DNA of 64,000 nucleotides, taken from assembly GCF_022539665.2 (NCBI RefSeq), contig NC_081333.1:13020001-13084000 (forward strand), read 5' to 3'. The notes beneath the pieces were generated by a model. That model had not been told where the DNA came from, did not search any database, and saw nothing but the letters and a program-made list of their open reading frames with translations. The translations under genes were made by a program, and so were the position numbers. Positions 25,801 through 38,987 of the stretch are shown here, piece after piece. The first letter of the stretch is position 1. Every line of letters begins with the position of its first letter. This stretch comes from Daphnia carinata (lineage: Eukaryota).

Positions 25801-26097
25801 TACATGATACAGAGTACAACGAAAGGAGAAAGCGCTCCACGGTTAGTGTCAAACCGATCGAGCGGAAGCTTGATCTTTGTGATCGCCATGTTCATAGTGA
25901 ATGGATGTGAAATGAACTTAAAAAAGCTCACATCATATTTTTAACAAATTGAGCAAGACTAAAATTAATTACTGTTGCGCGTTGGCATCAACTTAAGGTG
26001 AAAGTGTAAATACATAAAATCTGAATTCCATAACGAATCGTTTCACTCGCCAACCTCATTGAAAACCACGGAATATGCACGTCACCATTTGAGTATC

Positions 26098-26163
26098 CTA
26101 ATTTCATTTCTCTTGAAATATCATCCAAAGCTAATTTCATTTCTCTTGAAATATCATCCAAAG
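26098..26163. repeat. 33-bp direct tandem duplication
   Basis: ctaatttcatttctcttgaaatatcatccaaag occurs twice here and once at the paralogous site near 7251. Confidence 0.85.
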
Positions 26164-27763
26164 CAAAGTGCTGCGAACGTCAAGTGAGGATTAACTGCTA
26201 GATGCAGTTGGTTATAGAGTGGTGAAAAGGACACTATGGATGATAGCTCTTGGCTTCGTCACGATTGAATAAACCTTCACTTAAAATATTTGTTTGCAAA
26301 ATTCCGAGGAAAACGCACACCAATGAAAAAAGGGAATTCAATCCTCCATACAATCTAACGGGCGCGTCCAGCTCTAAAGCTTTATAAAAAATAAAACCCG
26401 AATACGAAAACTAACCTGGAAATGCACCACATAGTCTTCATCGAAAGACAGCAATCTGCTGGACATCACACACACTTTTAGACTCTCCGCTTTAGGTTTT
26501 GACCGTTGGCCGGTTTCAAAACCACATTTGCCAGTTTCATCACCACGACGCGCTTCATTCGCAACAAACTGAGCAAAAAAGAAACAAATAAAAAATCATC
26601 ATTTAGGAAAAAAGTACGGCAATGTAAACATTTAGCTCAATACTATAGACTAACAAATGATCGCAGGTGATTTATTATTTCTAAGACATTCCCCATTGCA
26701 CCAAACACATGTTGTAAGCAATATTGATCCAAAATGTCCAAGTTTCTTATGACGGCCGTGAATCGAAAAGTATTGAAATTGACCATCGTGCAAGCCTAGT
26801 CAAATAATCCAAACTCTGCCTTAGATACAACTGTATTTACGACAGAAATGTAACATTTTGACTACGTGTCAGTAGACTAGTATTGTCTAAACAAATTTAC
26901 GTCATTGATTGCATTACAAATATTTTAACCTGCTTTTATGTCCTGCAAAGAAAAGGTGGCAACGCTCTCACATACTAACGAAGAAGCAAAAGGAAAAGGT
27001 GCACGTTCATGGGACTAAACTTACCACTGCACATTGCGACACTCCACCAGACCAGAGACTAAAGCAGAATGCACTGATCCCTACTACGGGCTCGGTAGAC
27101 ATGCTCAGTCTTGCCGGTGGTGGCGCGCGGAAATTATACCCGCCGTTTGTTGCGGGGGAGGGTGGGAGAGATACTTTACAAGGACACTGTAAGGTCTCAT
27201 TAGTAGGAATTTGAAAAATTCAAAAAGACGAAGATGATAAATAATAGACGAAACGAAAACATGGGTTTCAGAGAACTCCGCTCGATTAGAAAAGGAAACA
27301 GGCAATTTATTGTTAGAGATAACAAAACTTACCAGGTTCATTGAACCATTGTTGAGCTATTGTTCCATAGGCGGGAGAACTCGTGTCTTATTGCCTTTTG
27401 TCCCTGAGCTAGCCAGCATGGTTTTCCTTCCCGTACCTCTAGCGCTAATTGTGAGAAGGCGGGTGTGTTATAAACATGTGCAGTGAAACGCAAATATGTC
27501 CTTCCATTTTCTTTATCCGATATTATAAATTTTTCCTGTCTAGTAGCACACATATTTTAAACGAAACATTTCTAAAATTAAATTTTTTTAACATTTGGAA
27601 TAATGCATTCCAAAACGAAAATAGTCTTCCAATGATTGTATCGATTCTTACACGATCAATCAGCGAAATCGGTACGGTACACGTGCCCGAAGAAAAGTAG
27701 GAGGAATGGTTTTCTCTCAGTGTGTGCAACGAGATGACTGTGACAATTCGTTCAATATTTAGT

Positions 27764-27982
27764 AAGGTCCTACATCAGGTACAGAAATTCGCTCCCTAAA
27801 AATTTATTATTATTGCAATTATTATCAATACTGGTATTGATGGGTGTTTGATTATTTAATTTCTATGCATTTCACATTTTGGCAAACGTGTAGATACGGA
27901 CGTGGAACAAATGAAGGGCGAAAGTAGAATGAGCCTCGAAATGGAGGAAAAGATGAAGAACATGATGGCGACTCAAGCATTG
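27764..27982 (+). pseudogene. EcKL remnant: end of exon 3, intron 3 and first part of exon 4
   Basis: 'aaggtcctacatcag|gtacag...tgtag|atacggacgtggaac...atgatggcgactcaagcattg' matches 10791-11008. Exons 1-2 and nearly all of exon 3 are absent. Confidence 0.8.
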
Positions 27983-28858
27983 AAAACTTGTCCATTACGT
28001 ATCCAAAAAACTATGTCCGGCTTACTCTCAGAATGATAAGGTATGCAACGAATCATAGTATGACTGAGCTAAATTCAACAGTGCATGTTTGACCTACAAG
28101 TTTTTGATTGCATTTGTTTGGCAGGTCTACGTGCCGAATACAAAACATTAACTCGTTAGCCAGGATGCCTGACTTAACTAGACCAAGTGCGATAACGTAT
28201 AGTACATCTATTGTACAAAAATTGCTATTCTAAACCGTGCGTTTTGGTAAAAAGCCTTTTTGTGATAAGCCAGTCGGCCTTGCATCTATTCTTCACACCA
28301 AACAGGTAGACGTAAACATGGAGGTTGATTATATTCAACAAGTGAGATTTATTGCCCAGTTGCTAGGCCATTTACTGCACCAGTCAACGAGTTTGAAGTA
28401 AAACACTAGATCGTACAAGGACGAGATGATATCGATTCCCTCTCTTCCATACAAACACACGAACATGACTCGGCATTTCAACATGCAAAATAGAAAATCC
28501 CAAAAGGCCAGCAGCACGTATAGGAAGTACAGAAGGTCTCTATCATTCTACACGGAGAGATATCGAAAAGCAGATCGTCGTCTATTGGACGTCTTGTGAT
28601 TTTGATTTGCTCACTTGTTTTTATTTTTAGTCGCAGCGTATGTTTTTCGGTGATAACGAGATGGTATTAGAAGAGAAAAATTAGACCTTTGGGATACGCT
28701 TTTATTGGATAGCATTCAGAGTTGTGCTTTTGACATACTACTTCCAATACTTTGATTGCAGTCTTCCAATTTCTTGTAATTCAAACCCCGAGGTAAAACC
28801 TAAATTTAAATATTTTAAATTGAAATAAGAAGACGTATGCAAATCAGAATATCGAAAG

Positions 28859-30466
28859 ATGACTAGACAAGTAAAGAGCTTGGCAGATCGGCAGCATTTC
28901 TGGAAGACCCTCTTTGAGGCGAAGAGCTTGGCTGCCCAACTGGCCTCTCTGGCAACAGATCATATCGATGGCGTCACTTACGATGACCTGCCCCACTACG
29001 GACAAGTGCATGTTGTGGCCGAATCCGCGTCCAGCCTAGGGGACAATTTTATGAGCGATACTTTCATTGTAACAGCTCAACTTACAGCATCGGAAAACAA
29101 GACTCAGACGTTGAGTACATTTATCAAAGTAAATTATTCATTTTCTACGTGGTTCTGCCTGACTTCATCACATTGAAATTTTGGATCTTTTAAAACAGGT
29201 CCTTCCAACGAATGCGCTGTTGCGTCAGGCAGCGTACGAGGCACACACTCATCACCGTGAGATTAACATGTACCATCATTTCTTTGGCCTGCTGAGGGAA
29301 ATGCATGCCGATCAACCGATCCCGCTAGACGTGCCCGATGTCTACTACACTCACATCGAGGAGATGGTCAAGGATGGAACAGATGGTTCGGGTATTTGCA
29401 CGTTGCTCGAGGATCTCAAGGCACAGGGTTATCGCATGGCTGAAAAGGCACTAGGTGCTGATTATCGACACTGTCACATGGCACTGACGTCGTTGGCACA
29501 TTATCACGCCTTAACTCTGAACGTCCTAAGAAAATGGACAGATCCTTCGACTGGAGAATTGTCCAACATGCCATCGACAACTGACTTTTTCTTGAAAGAA
29601 AAGACAATGTACGATATGGGCCTGCTCGAAATGATCCAAGATAATTTCAAGAATATTGTCGAATTCGCTGCAGAGGTCGAAAGACCCGACGTAAGTACCA
29701 AGTGTTACATTTTATTGAATTTTTTTCAAACGTTCTGCTTTGTTAGCTCGTCGAATGGTTAAAGGAACTGGAGGAACGTTTGCCCGACGTTATCATGTAC
29801 GACACAAAGGAAAATTGCGGTCCATTGGCTTGCATCCTTCATGGCGATTTCTGGAACAACAACATGCTGTTCAAATACGATGGTCAGCAAGGAACCAATG
29901 CCAACATTCCAATCGCACTCAAAATGATTGATTTTCAAATTTCAAGAATCGGACATCCAATCAGTGACATCCTTTACTTCATGTACTCGAGCGCTGCCCC
30001 TGAAACGAGAGAGAAACATATGGTGGTTTTGCTCCGTTATTATTTCGATACTCTAACCACTGATTTGAGGTTACTTGGCATTTCGCTCGATGATTATACT
30101 TGGGAAGATTTCTTCAAAGACTACAAGAGGAGGTCGTTAACGGGGATGTTTATGGGCATCGTCGTTTTATCTTTTGTTTTGAACAAGAAAGTGCTGACCA
30201 AGTTGGACGATTTGGATGCAGAGGAGAGGCTCAAAGAACCAAAACCAGGTATTTTAATCAACCTTTAGTTTTTCTAAAACAAGTGTCTTATCATACGTGA
30301 TTCAGAGTCGGACGTGGAACCAGAAAAAGGTGCCAGTGGAATGACGCTCGAATTGGAAGAAACCATGAAAAACATGATGAAATCACAGAAATTGAGCGAC
30401 AATCCAACCCTTACCGATCGACTTTTGAAACTGATCGTAGAAGTTAAAGCCCTCAACAATTCTTAA
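28859..30466 (+). CDS. EcKL protein, copy 4 (most divergent); 4 exons
   Basis: Exons 28859-29128, 29199-29690, 29747-30248 and 30306-30466 join in frame. Motifs GDNFMSD, HGDFWNNNMLF and IDFQ; intron positions match copies 1-3. Confidence 0.88.
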
Positions 30467-30669
30467 TACCTATATTTGCTGGTCGTGTTCCAGCGATTCT
30501 GCGCAGCTCAATTTCCAGCCATTTATTGTTTACGGCATTTTTCGGACGTCCAATAATCGACGTATATATGATTCATGCATTTTTATTCTATATTCTAATG
30601 TTTTTGAAACTAAAACTGGATAGCAAATTTCAAAGACAAATAGAAGGCCAAGGTTCCGTTCAGCGAGGG

Positions 30670-31511
30670 TTAAATGATGGCGATATCGGCGCAATTGACG
30701 AACGTCTCCTGCGAGCCACATCCCATTCCGGACGTTCCGTTTTTACACACGCCCCAATTGTTGCCTGAAATTTTAAAGGAACAATATTTAAATAATTTAA
30801 TAAGGACTCTTTTGATTGACCAAAACATACCTGCTGTGTAGCGCCATTGGAGGACGCAATAATCGCACGAAACGTCCGCAGGAAGTTGAACAACAGGGAA
30901 ATAGAGCCCGTTAGCAGATGAAACGTAGAACTGAGTCGAACCATCGATGAGTGTCAATAGATGGTCATCGAAACATTGTTGAGTGGTCAACTCTTCAACC
31001 GATTGTTTAGGGCACAAACGGAATTCAAAGTAACCCAAATGGTTCGATGTCAATTCGACAGTCAATCGTACCCACTAAAACACAAAAAATCAATCGAAAT
31101 GCATTTTAATTCTATTAAATTGATGTACCGATGATTGGGCGTAAGTTTGTCCAATGATCCCAGTTCCATAGACCCCACCTTCGTCATTGTCTCTTGGCCG
31201 GGGTAGACTCCATTCATCACCACATTCACCGCAACGGCCCTGATTGACGCTGTTGAATTGAACCTAAGCATTTCAATCATTCATTAAAGAACAGTTACAT
31301 AGAAATATTGAAAAGGACGTACACCATAACCGCCACAATTGAGCCCATTTTCGTTGTAATTGGGCGGAACGTTGAAACCGTACCGCCACATGGATGAACG
31401 ACTTGGTGGATCCAGCATCATGCCATGCCCATCGGCTGATTGGAACAACCGACCAGAAGCAATTAGGGCGATGACCAGGCCGCAATTCATCAACAATGTC
31501 GTTGGTTTCAT
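30670..31511 (-). CDS. Secreted lytic polysaccharide monooxygenase, AA15-type (chitin-active family), copy A
   Basis: Signal peptide followed by HGMMLDPPSRSSMWRYGF..LNCGG, CGECGD, TSNHLGYFEFRLCP, CVLQWRY and QETFVNCADI. Exons 31511-31323, 31263-31129, 31074-30831, 30764-30670. Confidence 0.88.
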
Positions 31512-32321
31512 TCTCGAGGATTAAACGTTAAAGAAAAATAGCTTAAAAATCAAAGTTTACCTACTTGGTTCAAGCGAATAGTCCTCACATTATGCGCATG
31601 TCCTTTATATATACCGTACAAGTTATGTGTTGTACTTGATGGCAATAGGCGCGTGCTGATAGCTTTGCTTCTTATCGTTTTTTAGAGCAAAATGGACAAC
31701 TGTCATCGCTAAAACGGAAAGGTTATGATTCGTTTAGACGTTGACGTCCTCTATGACAATCGGAAGCGGGCTTTTGCCATGACATCACGAGACGAATTCA
31801 CAAGGATGACGTACGTTGTCAACAATCTGTACGTGCCGGTTGAACACGATCGAAATAAAATGCGGATAATGGCACGTAATGGTCCTAGCTTGACCATCAA
31901 CAAGATAATTGAAGAATCACTCGTTTCAAATGTTTCTTGTCAATCAGTGTGGATAAAGACGTGATATCACTGATGCCCATGTCTTTACAGGCCAAAAACA
32001 TACGAGACACTTGTTTGTCTGAAATCTTAATGGATATTTACCGTGCCCTGTTTTCCTTATGCTGCTCACAACATTGCGACATTGTAAATGGATGGGAGTG
32101 GTACGAAAATGATTTGGGATAAACGCCCCTCTTTTTCTGGACGTAATTAGACAACACCTTAGGAGATCTCACTTGGTACTCTGCGACATATCAAGTGGAA
32201 TTCGACGTTTAAATAAAATGTATTGATTCAAATTCCGTTTCATAACGAAGTAAAAATTAAATCAAGATGAATAGATAATATTTTATTTGACATGCAAGTA
32301 TAGATTCTGATTATATGACAA

Positions 32322-33238
32322 TCACAAACGGGCTGGAAGAATGGATACATCCGCACAATTAACGAACGATTCCTGATAACAGTAGCCACTGCCTCCATTA
32401 GGACATAATCCTTCGCTATTGGCTGCATTAAAAAAAATGGAATAAAATAAAAAAACAGGATCTTTGATGAATTTCTTTTGATGGTGTGATATTTACCTAC
32501 TGTCCAGTACCACTGGAGAACGCAATGTTGACACGTGACGCCCGCTGGTAGCCGGACAGTCGGAAAATAGAGGCCAGTTGAGCTGCCAATTTGAAATTTA
32601 GTGCCACCGTCGACTACGATCGCGTCCCCTTGTCCAGGCAATTCAACAAGTTCAAGTGGATATCTGTCCAGGCATTCCTGCGTTACTAGTTCATCAGCTG
32701 ATTGTTTCGGACACAATCGGAACACGAAATCTCCCCAATGGTTGGCCGTAACGTTCACCGTAATGCGTACAACCTGTGCAACGGATCCTTAGTTAAGGCT
32801 GTACTATGTGAATCATTGAATGTACATTACCGATCCTTCGGTGTAGGTTTGGCCAATGATGCCCGTGTGGTAGATGCCCCCCTCATCGTTTGATCTCGGC
32901 CGTTCCAGCCTCCATTCGTCTCCGCATTCCCCACATCGTCCCTGATTGATGCTGTTGTGCTGAGCCTGAACAACAAGTCAATGAGTTTCATTCGATACGT
33001 GTTAAATGCTGGGTCTACTAACCTCTCTACCACCACAGTTGAGCTCCATGTCATTGTAATTTTTAGAATCTTCAGGGACGCTGAAACCGACCCTCCACAT
33101 GGACGAACGACCAGGAGGATCGTACATGTAGCCGTGACTATCTACGTTCACGATGTTGCTGCTGAAGATGACCACAAACAGGAGAACAGATGAGAAGGCA
33201 ACAACCAGTTTGTTCGATGACGTAATACAAACAACCAT
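32322..33238 (-). CDS. AA15-type LPMO, copy B; 4 exons
   Basis: Signal peptide followed by HGYMYDPPGRSSMWRVGF, TANHWGDFVFRLCP, CVLQWYW and QESFVNCADV. Confidence 0.85.
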
Positions 33239-34228
33239 GTTGATAGATTTTTTCTTTCAAATGAAAAATCGAAATGAATTACGGCCTATTGCGTATGGTG
33301 AGTTTGGAAGCGAATCGTTTGTACAACAATTGGTTCGAGTTTGACCAAGCTCTTTATAAGGCCACTGCGAAGATAGTCAAAAGTCGCAGAGTAAAAAGAT
33401 CATAAAAAACGTGATGGGATAGTGTGTATCACACTGGACCGATTGCGTCCCTCTGTTTGTTTTCATTATCTGACGGTCATTTCAATAAACGCATAACACG
33501 TCCATTTGTTCCATTGCACGTTACGTACAACAATTCTTTAGTTATTTACGTTTTTGAATTCAATGAACAACAACCATTTCGATAAATTACCAACATATTC
33601 ATGGAACAAGAAGAAATTACAAGCTGAACATTATTCATTTGAGTCTAATGCTTTTTAATGTATAAATGAAGTGAAGGTGACGAAGTGATATCGCCATATC
33701 AAAACGTCATTGAAAAGCAGCGTAACTGCGTTACGAAACCAAAAGGGAAATGAAATCAACAACAGAGATAAGAAAACAATTCCATTGGCACGGAAGGAAA
33801 GTCGGAATGCTGGTATTCCCTTTTTTTCATTGTCAAAGGCCATGATGAAAGAATTCAACGATCGGCTTCGCGTGCCCAATCTGTCGTTTGAAGCAATCCC
33901 TTTGTGTCCCGCACTGCTTTTGGTCGGATAAGGCATAGAAGAACAAACATTATAGTTAATCAGGAAATAAACCGGGGAAAAGGGGAATTTCCTCTTATTA
34001 TTTAAATAGCCACCACTAAATCAATGGTTGGTATGTTATATTGTATAATACTTTAAGCCATCAAACAGCGGAGAGGAAAACAACAAAGTACTTCGTTTTG
34101 CATGTAAAACGTGTATTGCTCGACAATCAATGAATAAATCAAACATTTGATCGAATTCCTCTATCACCAAAATCAAAACCCTATATAATTATATCTTGGT
34201 CAATGTAGCCTCTCGACATTTCATTAAA

Positions 34229-35098
34229 CTAAGCCCGTGGTACAATAGCCACATCGGCGCAATTGACAAAGGTTTCCTGGTAACAATATCCATTGCCACC
34301 CCCTGGACACAGTCCGGGGCTATTACCTGCATTGGAACAAACATTCAGTTTTGTTGAAACGAAATTAAAAGAATGGCATTGAATTGCAAATGGCACCTGT
34401 GCTGTAGTACCACTGCAGGACGCAGTTTTGGCAAGTGACGCCTTCTGGTAGCCGGACACTCGGGAAATAGAGGCCAGTTGAACTGCCGATTTGAAATTTG
34501 GTGCCTTCGACTATGATCCCATCACCTTGTCCAGGCAATTCGACAAGTTCAAGTGGATATCTGTCCAGGCATTCCTGCGTCACCAGTTCATCAGCTGATT
34601 GTTTCGGGCACAATCGGAACACGAAATAGCCCAAATGATTGGCTGTTATTTGAACTGTTAGTCGAACAATCTGAAAATAAAAACAATTGAACCAAGATCG
34701 AAAGCCAAAACTTTTATAAAATATTACCGATGCTTCGACATAAGTCTGTCCGATAATGCCCGTACCATAAAGGCCTCCCTCGTCATGGGGTCTAGGCCGG
34801 CTTAGTTTATATTCATCACCGCATTCACCACAACGTCCCTGATTAACTTCGTCAAAGTGCTGAGCCTACGATCGTTAATCAAATACCTTCATTACAAAAA
34901 ATTACACTCATTGTCCAGGTAAAAATGCACCTCTCTACCACCGCAATTAAGGCCCGTGTCGTTCTCGTTCATGGGCACGTTAAAACCGAACCGCCACATG
35001 GAGGATCGTCCGGGTGGATCGTAGAGAATGCCATGTCCATTCGCTATGAAGATGCAGCTGCAAATGATTAACAAGACGCCAACAAAGTCACTAAACAT
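34229..35098 (-). CDS. AA15-type LPMO, copy C; 4 exons
   Basis: Signal peptide followed by HGILYDPPGRSSMWRFGF, TANHLGYFVFRLCP and QETFVNCADV. Confidence 0.85.
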
Positions 35099-35521
35099 TT
35101 CGAAATAATTGTGTACAATTGAGGCAGAGAATTTCAGAATGTACTAGTTGCAGTTTAATTTATAACACTGACTACTGTTGATGGCTTAAACGATAACAAG
35201 TGGCAAACAATCGATATAGCCAAGTCCAACATTTTGTTGTTCAATTTCAAGATAATTTTCTGTAGGTCATCACTGTTGTTCACACTCACCGTTACTGGTC
35301 TAACCGACTGTTATCTTTTAAATGCCAATTTGGTTTACGGTTTCGTCAATCAAGCCATTTCGTGACACGATGAAATTTAATGCAAGATGGGATAAGGGAC
35401 AGTCACGATTTCTCAACAGGTACTTTTTATCTCGTTGTATGATTAGGTGTTGCAATCATTTGACACCATCAATTACGCACCGAAATGATTTATTGAAGCG
35501 AGTAATGAAATTGAATTACAG

Positions 35522-36383
35522 TTATGCGATAATGGCCACATCAGCGCAATTAACAAATGACTCTTGATAGCAATCCACCGAATTTGTTCCATCTCCACAA
35601 AGGCCCGGACTATTACCTGTTTATATATTAGCAATTTCCGGATGAAAACAACGAGAATTAAAATTTGAATCATCTTAATTTATATTAGAATATCCTTTAC
35701 CTGTCGTGTAATACCATTGCATGACGCAATGATCGCACGTTAACCCGTCAGGTAACTTAACGATCATATCGTGCCAAGTGGCCGTGTAATCCGGCACCTG
35801 ATAACGAGTTGATCCATCGGATAAACGAAGTAAATAATTGTCGAGACATTCTTGCGTCACTAATTCCCCAGCTGACCGTTTTGGGCAAAGTCGAAATTCG
35901 AAATAACCCAAATGACTGGACGTTAATTCCACCGACACCCGGACGTACTGTAACACGTTTCATTATTTTTAAATGATTTGCTTTTTAAAAGGGCAATAAT
36001 TTACCGAGCCTGTTTTGTAAGTTTGGCCGATCGTGCCAGTTCCATAAAGGCCACCTTCGTCGTTTGATCTCGGCCGGGGCAGACTCCATTCGTCCCCACA
36101 TTCACCGCACCGGCCCTTATTGATGCTGTTGTGCTGGACCTATAAACGAGAATGCAATGAGGATGGTAGGGCCCAATCGAAAGTGATTCCTTACCGATCT
36201 TCCACCGCAATTGAGGCCGTTATCGTCGTAATTCCTGGGCGTTTGGAAACCTAATCGCCACATGGAGGACCTGGATGGAGGATCCAACATTCTTCCGTGA
36301 CCTGCAACATTGTGGAGACCCCCCGCAAGGATCGCAAGCACCACCCAAACCGATAAAATCCGTACTCTTGTATAACCCTTCAT
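35522..36383 (-). CDS. AA15-type LPMO, copy D; 4 exons
   Basis: Signal peptide followed by HGRMLDPPSRSSMWRLGF, TSSHLGYFEFRLCP, CVMQWYY and QESFVNCADVAIIA*. Confidence 0.85.
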
Positions 36384-36983
36384 CTTTCTTCCCAAATTCT
36401 TTTCTTTCTTTAGTTAAATCCAGCCGAGGTGGATGTTAATGTAGAATTGATTGGGTACAGAAAAAGTGAAACGCAGTTGCTGCTGGTGAAGCTAATTACT
36501 CTGTGACAACAGTGTCATCACAAAATTCAACTCTCTTTATACAAGAGGATGAATTACGTAACGCAGACTCTATGTATCTACAGCGTACACAATCAGCGGA
36601 TTGTCCCAATTTTTATTTATCACCAACCTATCAAGCAAAAATATTAAAATGTCCGCTATAAATCTTCGATAGCGGTAGCTCATTACATTGGACTTTCCCT
36701 GTCAACATCGAGCTTACCTCGTCCCACCACAGGAATGACATCGAGAAGCTTTCGCGGCTCAACCTGCTAATCTCTGGAATTTTGCTTTTGCAAACGAAAA
36801 CTGTTGACCTAACTCCTGTTGATTTAACATTGTAAAACTACAAAGCATTCACTTTGTTATCATGTATTTAAGTACATGTGAAACATCACCTTAAAAATGG
36901 CGGGGGAAATTTTGTCTGACACTTTGGAATATGACGGTACACTTGAAGAGGACGAGAATGTGTCAAAAACGATAAGGCCATCC

Positions 36984-38474
36984 TCACACATTAGACGCAT
37001 GATCGGAAGTCTTTAGAGGAATTGAAAACGGCTCCTGTTGCTCCGTTAAAACTCTTGGCTCGTGCACAAAATGAGCTATTTCTATCCCCTAAGCACAAAA
37101 ATAAAACGTTTAGGTCGGGAAAACAATTGGAAATACAGTGAACTACCTGGCTTGCTGCTGATCGGACGAAACCCGTGTTGGCCGTGACGATGACGATACC
37201 CAACTGATCGGCAGTACTGAAAATCAATCGGCTTCTCGGTTTGACGTTGCTCGTCAACTGCAACTGACCAACTCTTCCACAAGGCGTATCTTCGACAATA
37301 TCCAAACGGGCAATCAATTCTCTCATGCGCTGCTTCTCTCCAGTACCACCCATTCGTTCTACCAGGGTTTGGAAATCGGTAAGGGCTTCGCGGCAAGTGA
37401 CTAGATGTTTATCTTCAAACAGAGCATCTAGCTTGGGCTTGGCGGGAGATGAACGCTCCCACTCGGCTTGCTGATTATAGATGGCTCTAGGGAAAATATA
37501 ATTGGCTCCACCGTTGGTCATTGAAGAAACGTATGCCACCATGCATGTGATGTCGAGGAAAAGCTTGTCACTTTGCTTGGCATTATCCAGGTTGGTATCA
37601 GGTGAAGTGGATAATCCCCTATACATTTCGTTGTATTCCTCGTACCCCTCACTGTCATCATCACTATCACTGCTGCTAGTGTCGCTTTCAGAAAATGAAT
37701 TTTCCATTATGGGTCTGATTTCTCCTTCAACCTCCACTCCACGTTTCTTCAATTTCGCAACAATTGATGAGCTGATGCTGTTGAAGAAATGGAAGACAAC
37801 CTGTTTGATTGAACTATTTTGAGAGTTACCATATTGGACATATTTTGGACAGTTTACCTGAGGAGGATTAAACAGGTGAGGATGTAGTCTTGCACATTTG
37901 ATGTATGCTGATGCTTGATCAATCACTGATTTCTGGCCACATGAGCTTCTTCCTTTAGATATATCTTCCAGTGCTTCTGCCTTTCTGGCTATTGCTTTGT
38001 GCCAAACTGTCCCTCCTTCGGACACAACATCCACCTCAATGCGGTTACTGGAGCCATTCTTTAAACTGAAAGGCTATAGGTCAATAGTAATTGTTACAAA
38101 ATCAATAAAAAAAATTTAAATTTTTATAATACTTTAAAGATAGCTGTTGGACTTTCACATTTATGAAGAATGTCCACGACAGCAGCCAATGAACCTAAAT
38201 TGCTAGATAACATGTGCTCCTTCTTTACTTCCATTTTGACATCCAGTAGCTGCAGGAAAAATGACATATTAATCATTGAAAAATGCATAACAACTATGAC
38301 TTCCTGAGCCTAATTTACTCTTTGTAAGAACTTTATTTCAGAACGAATGCGTCTTTCAAGTTTTTTACTGCCTTCCACGTTGGCAAAATGACAGTGCATT
38401 TGTTGCAAGAGGTTTTCACCTTCTTGAACTTTACACAATACGAGGTTCTTCAAGTCTTCAATATCAGATTCCAT
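36984..38474 (-). CDS. UPF0415 / C7orf25-like protein (DUF1308, PIN-like C-terminal domain)
   Basis: Spliced ORF from MESDIEDLK. Contains VDVVSEGGTVWHKAIARK, LDITCMVAYVSSMTNGG, IVTANTGFVRSAASQG and HEPRVLTE, which I recall as typical of this family. Confidence 0.75.
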
Positions 38475-38987
38475 TTTAAATGTATCGAGTGTTGATAGTT
38501 AACTCAAATTTAATTAGAAATTTTTTTTTTAATTAGAATTTTTTGCAAATCGCCTTCGTCAGCATTGAATTCGCGGTCATAGTTCGTCTGCTAATCAAAA
38601 CATTCACTTTCGCCATCTATCGGTAAGTTTTTACCAATGTTATTGGAAAAATCCACCACCTAGCGGTTTAAATAAACACTATTTCGAACAATTCATTTTC
38701 CCGCCCTGACATTGATCAGGCAGCTTTCACATTACTCTCACTACAGATATTACTGATTTCATTAAACTCTTTGCGAATCTTGTAAATTCCGACATACTTC
38801 CTTATATTCAAAATATTTAAAAAGTACGTGCCTTTTTTCACCTCCACTTAACCTGAATATCTTTTTACGTGGTTGTCTTGATCACTTTTGTACCCACTCA
38901 CCAAAGCCCTTTGTTTAACTTGTTCATGATGTTCCTCTATCCTAGGATTGTGTAACCGACGAGCATTTCGTTCATCGTTCTTGACAA

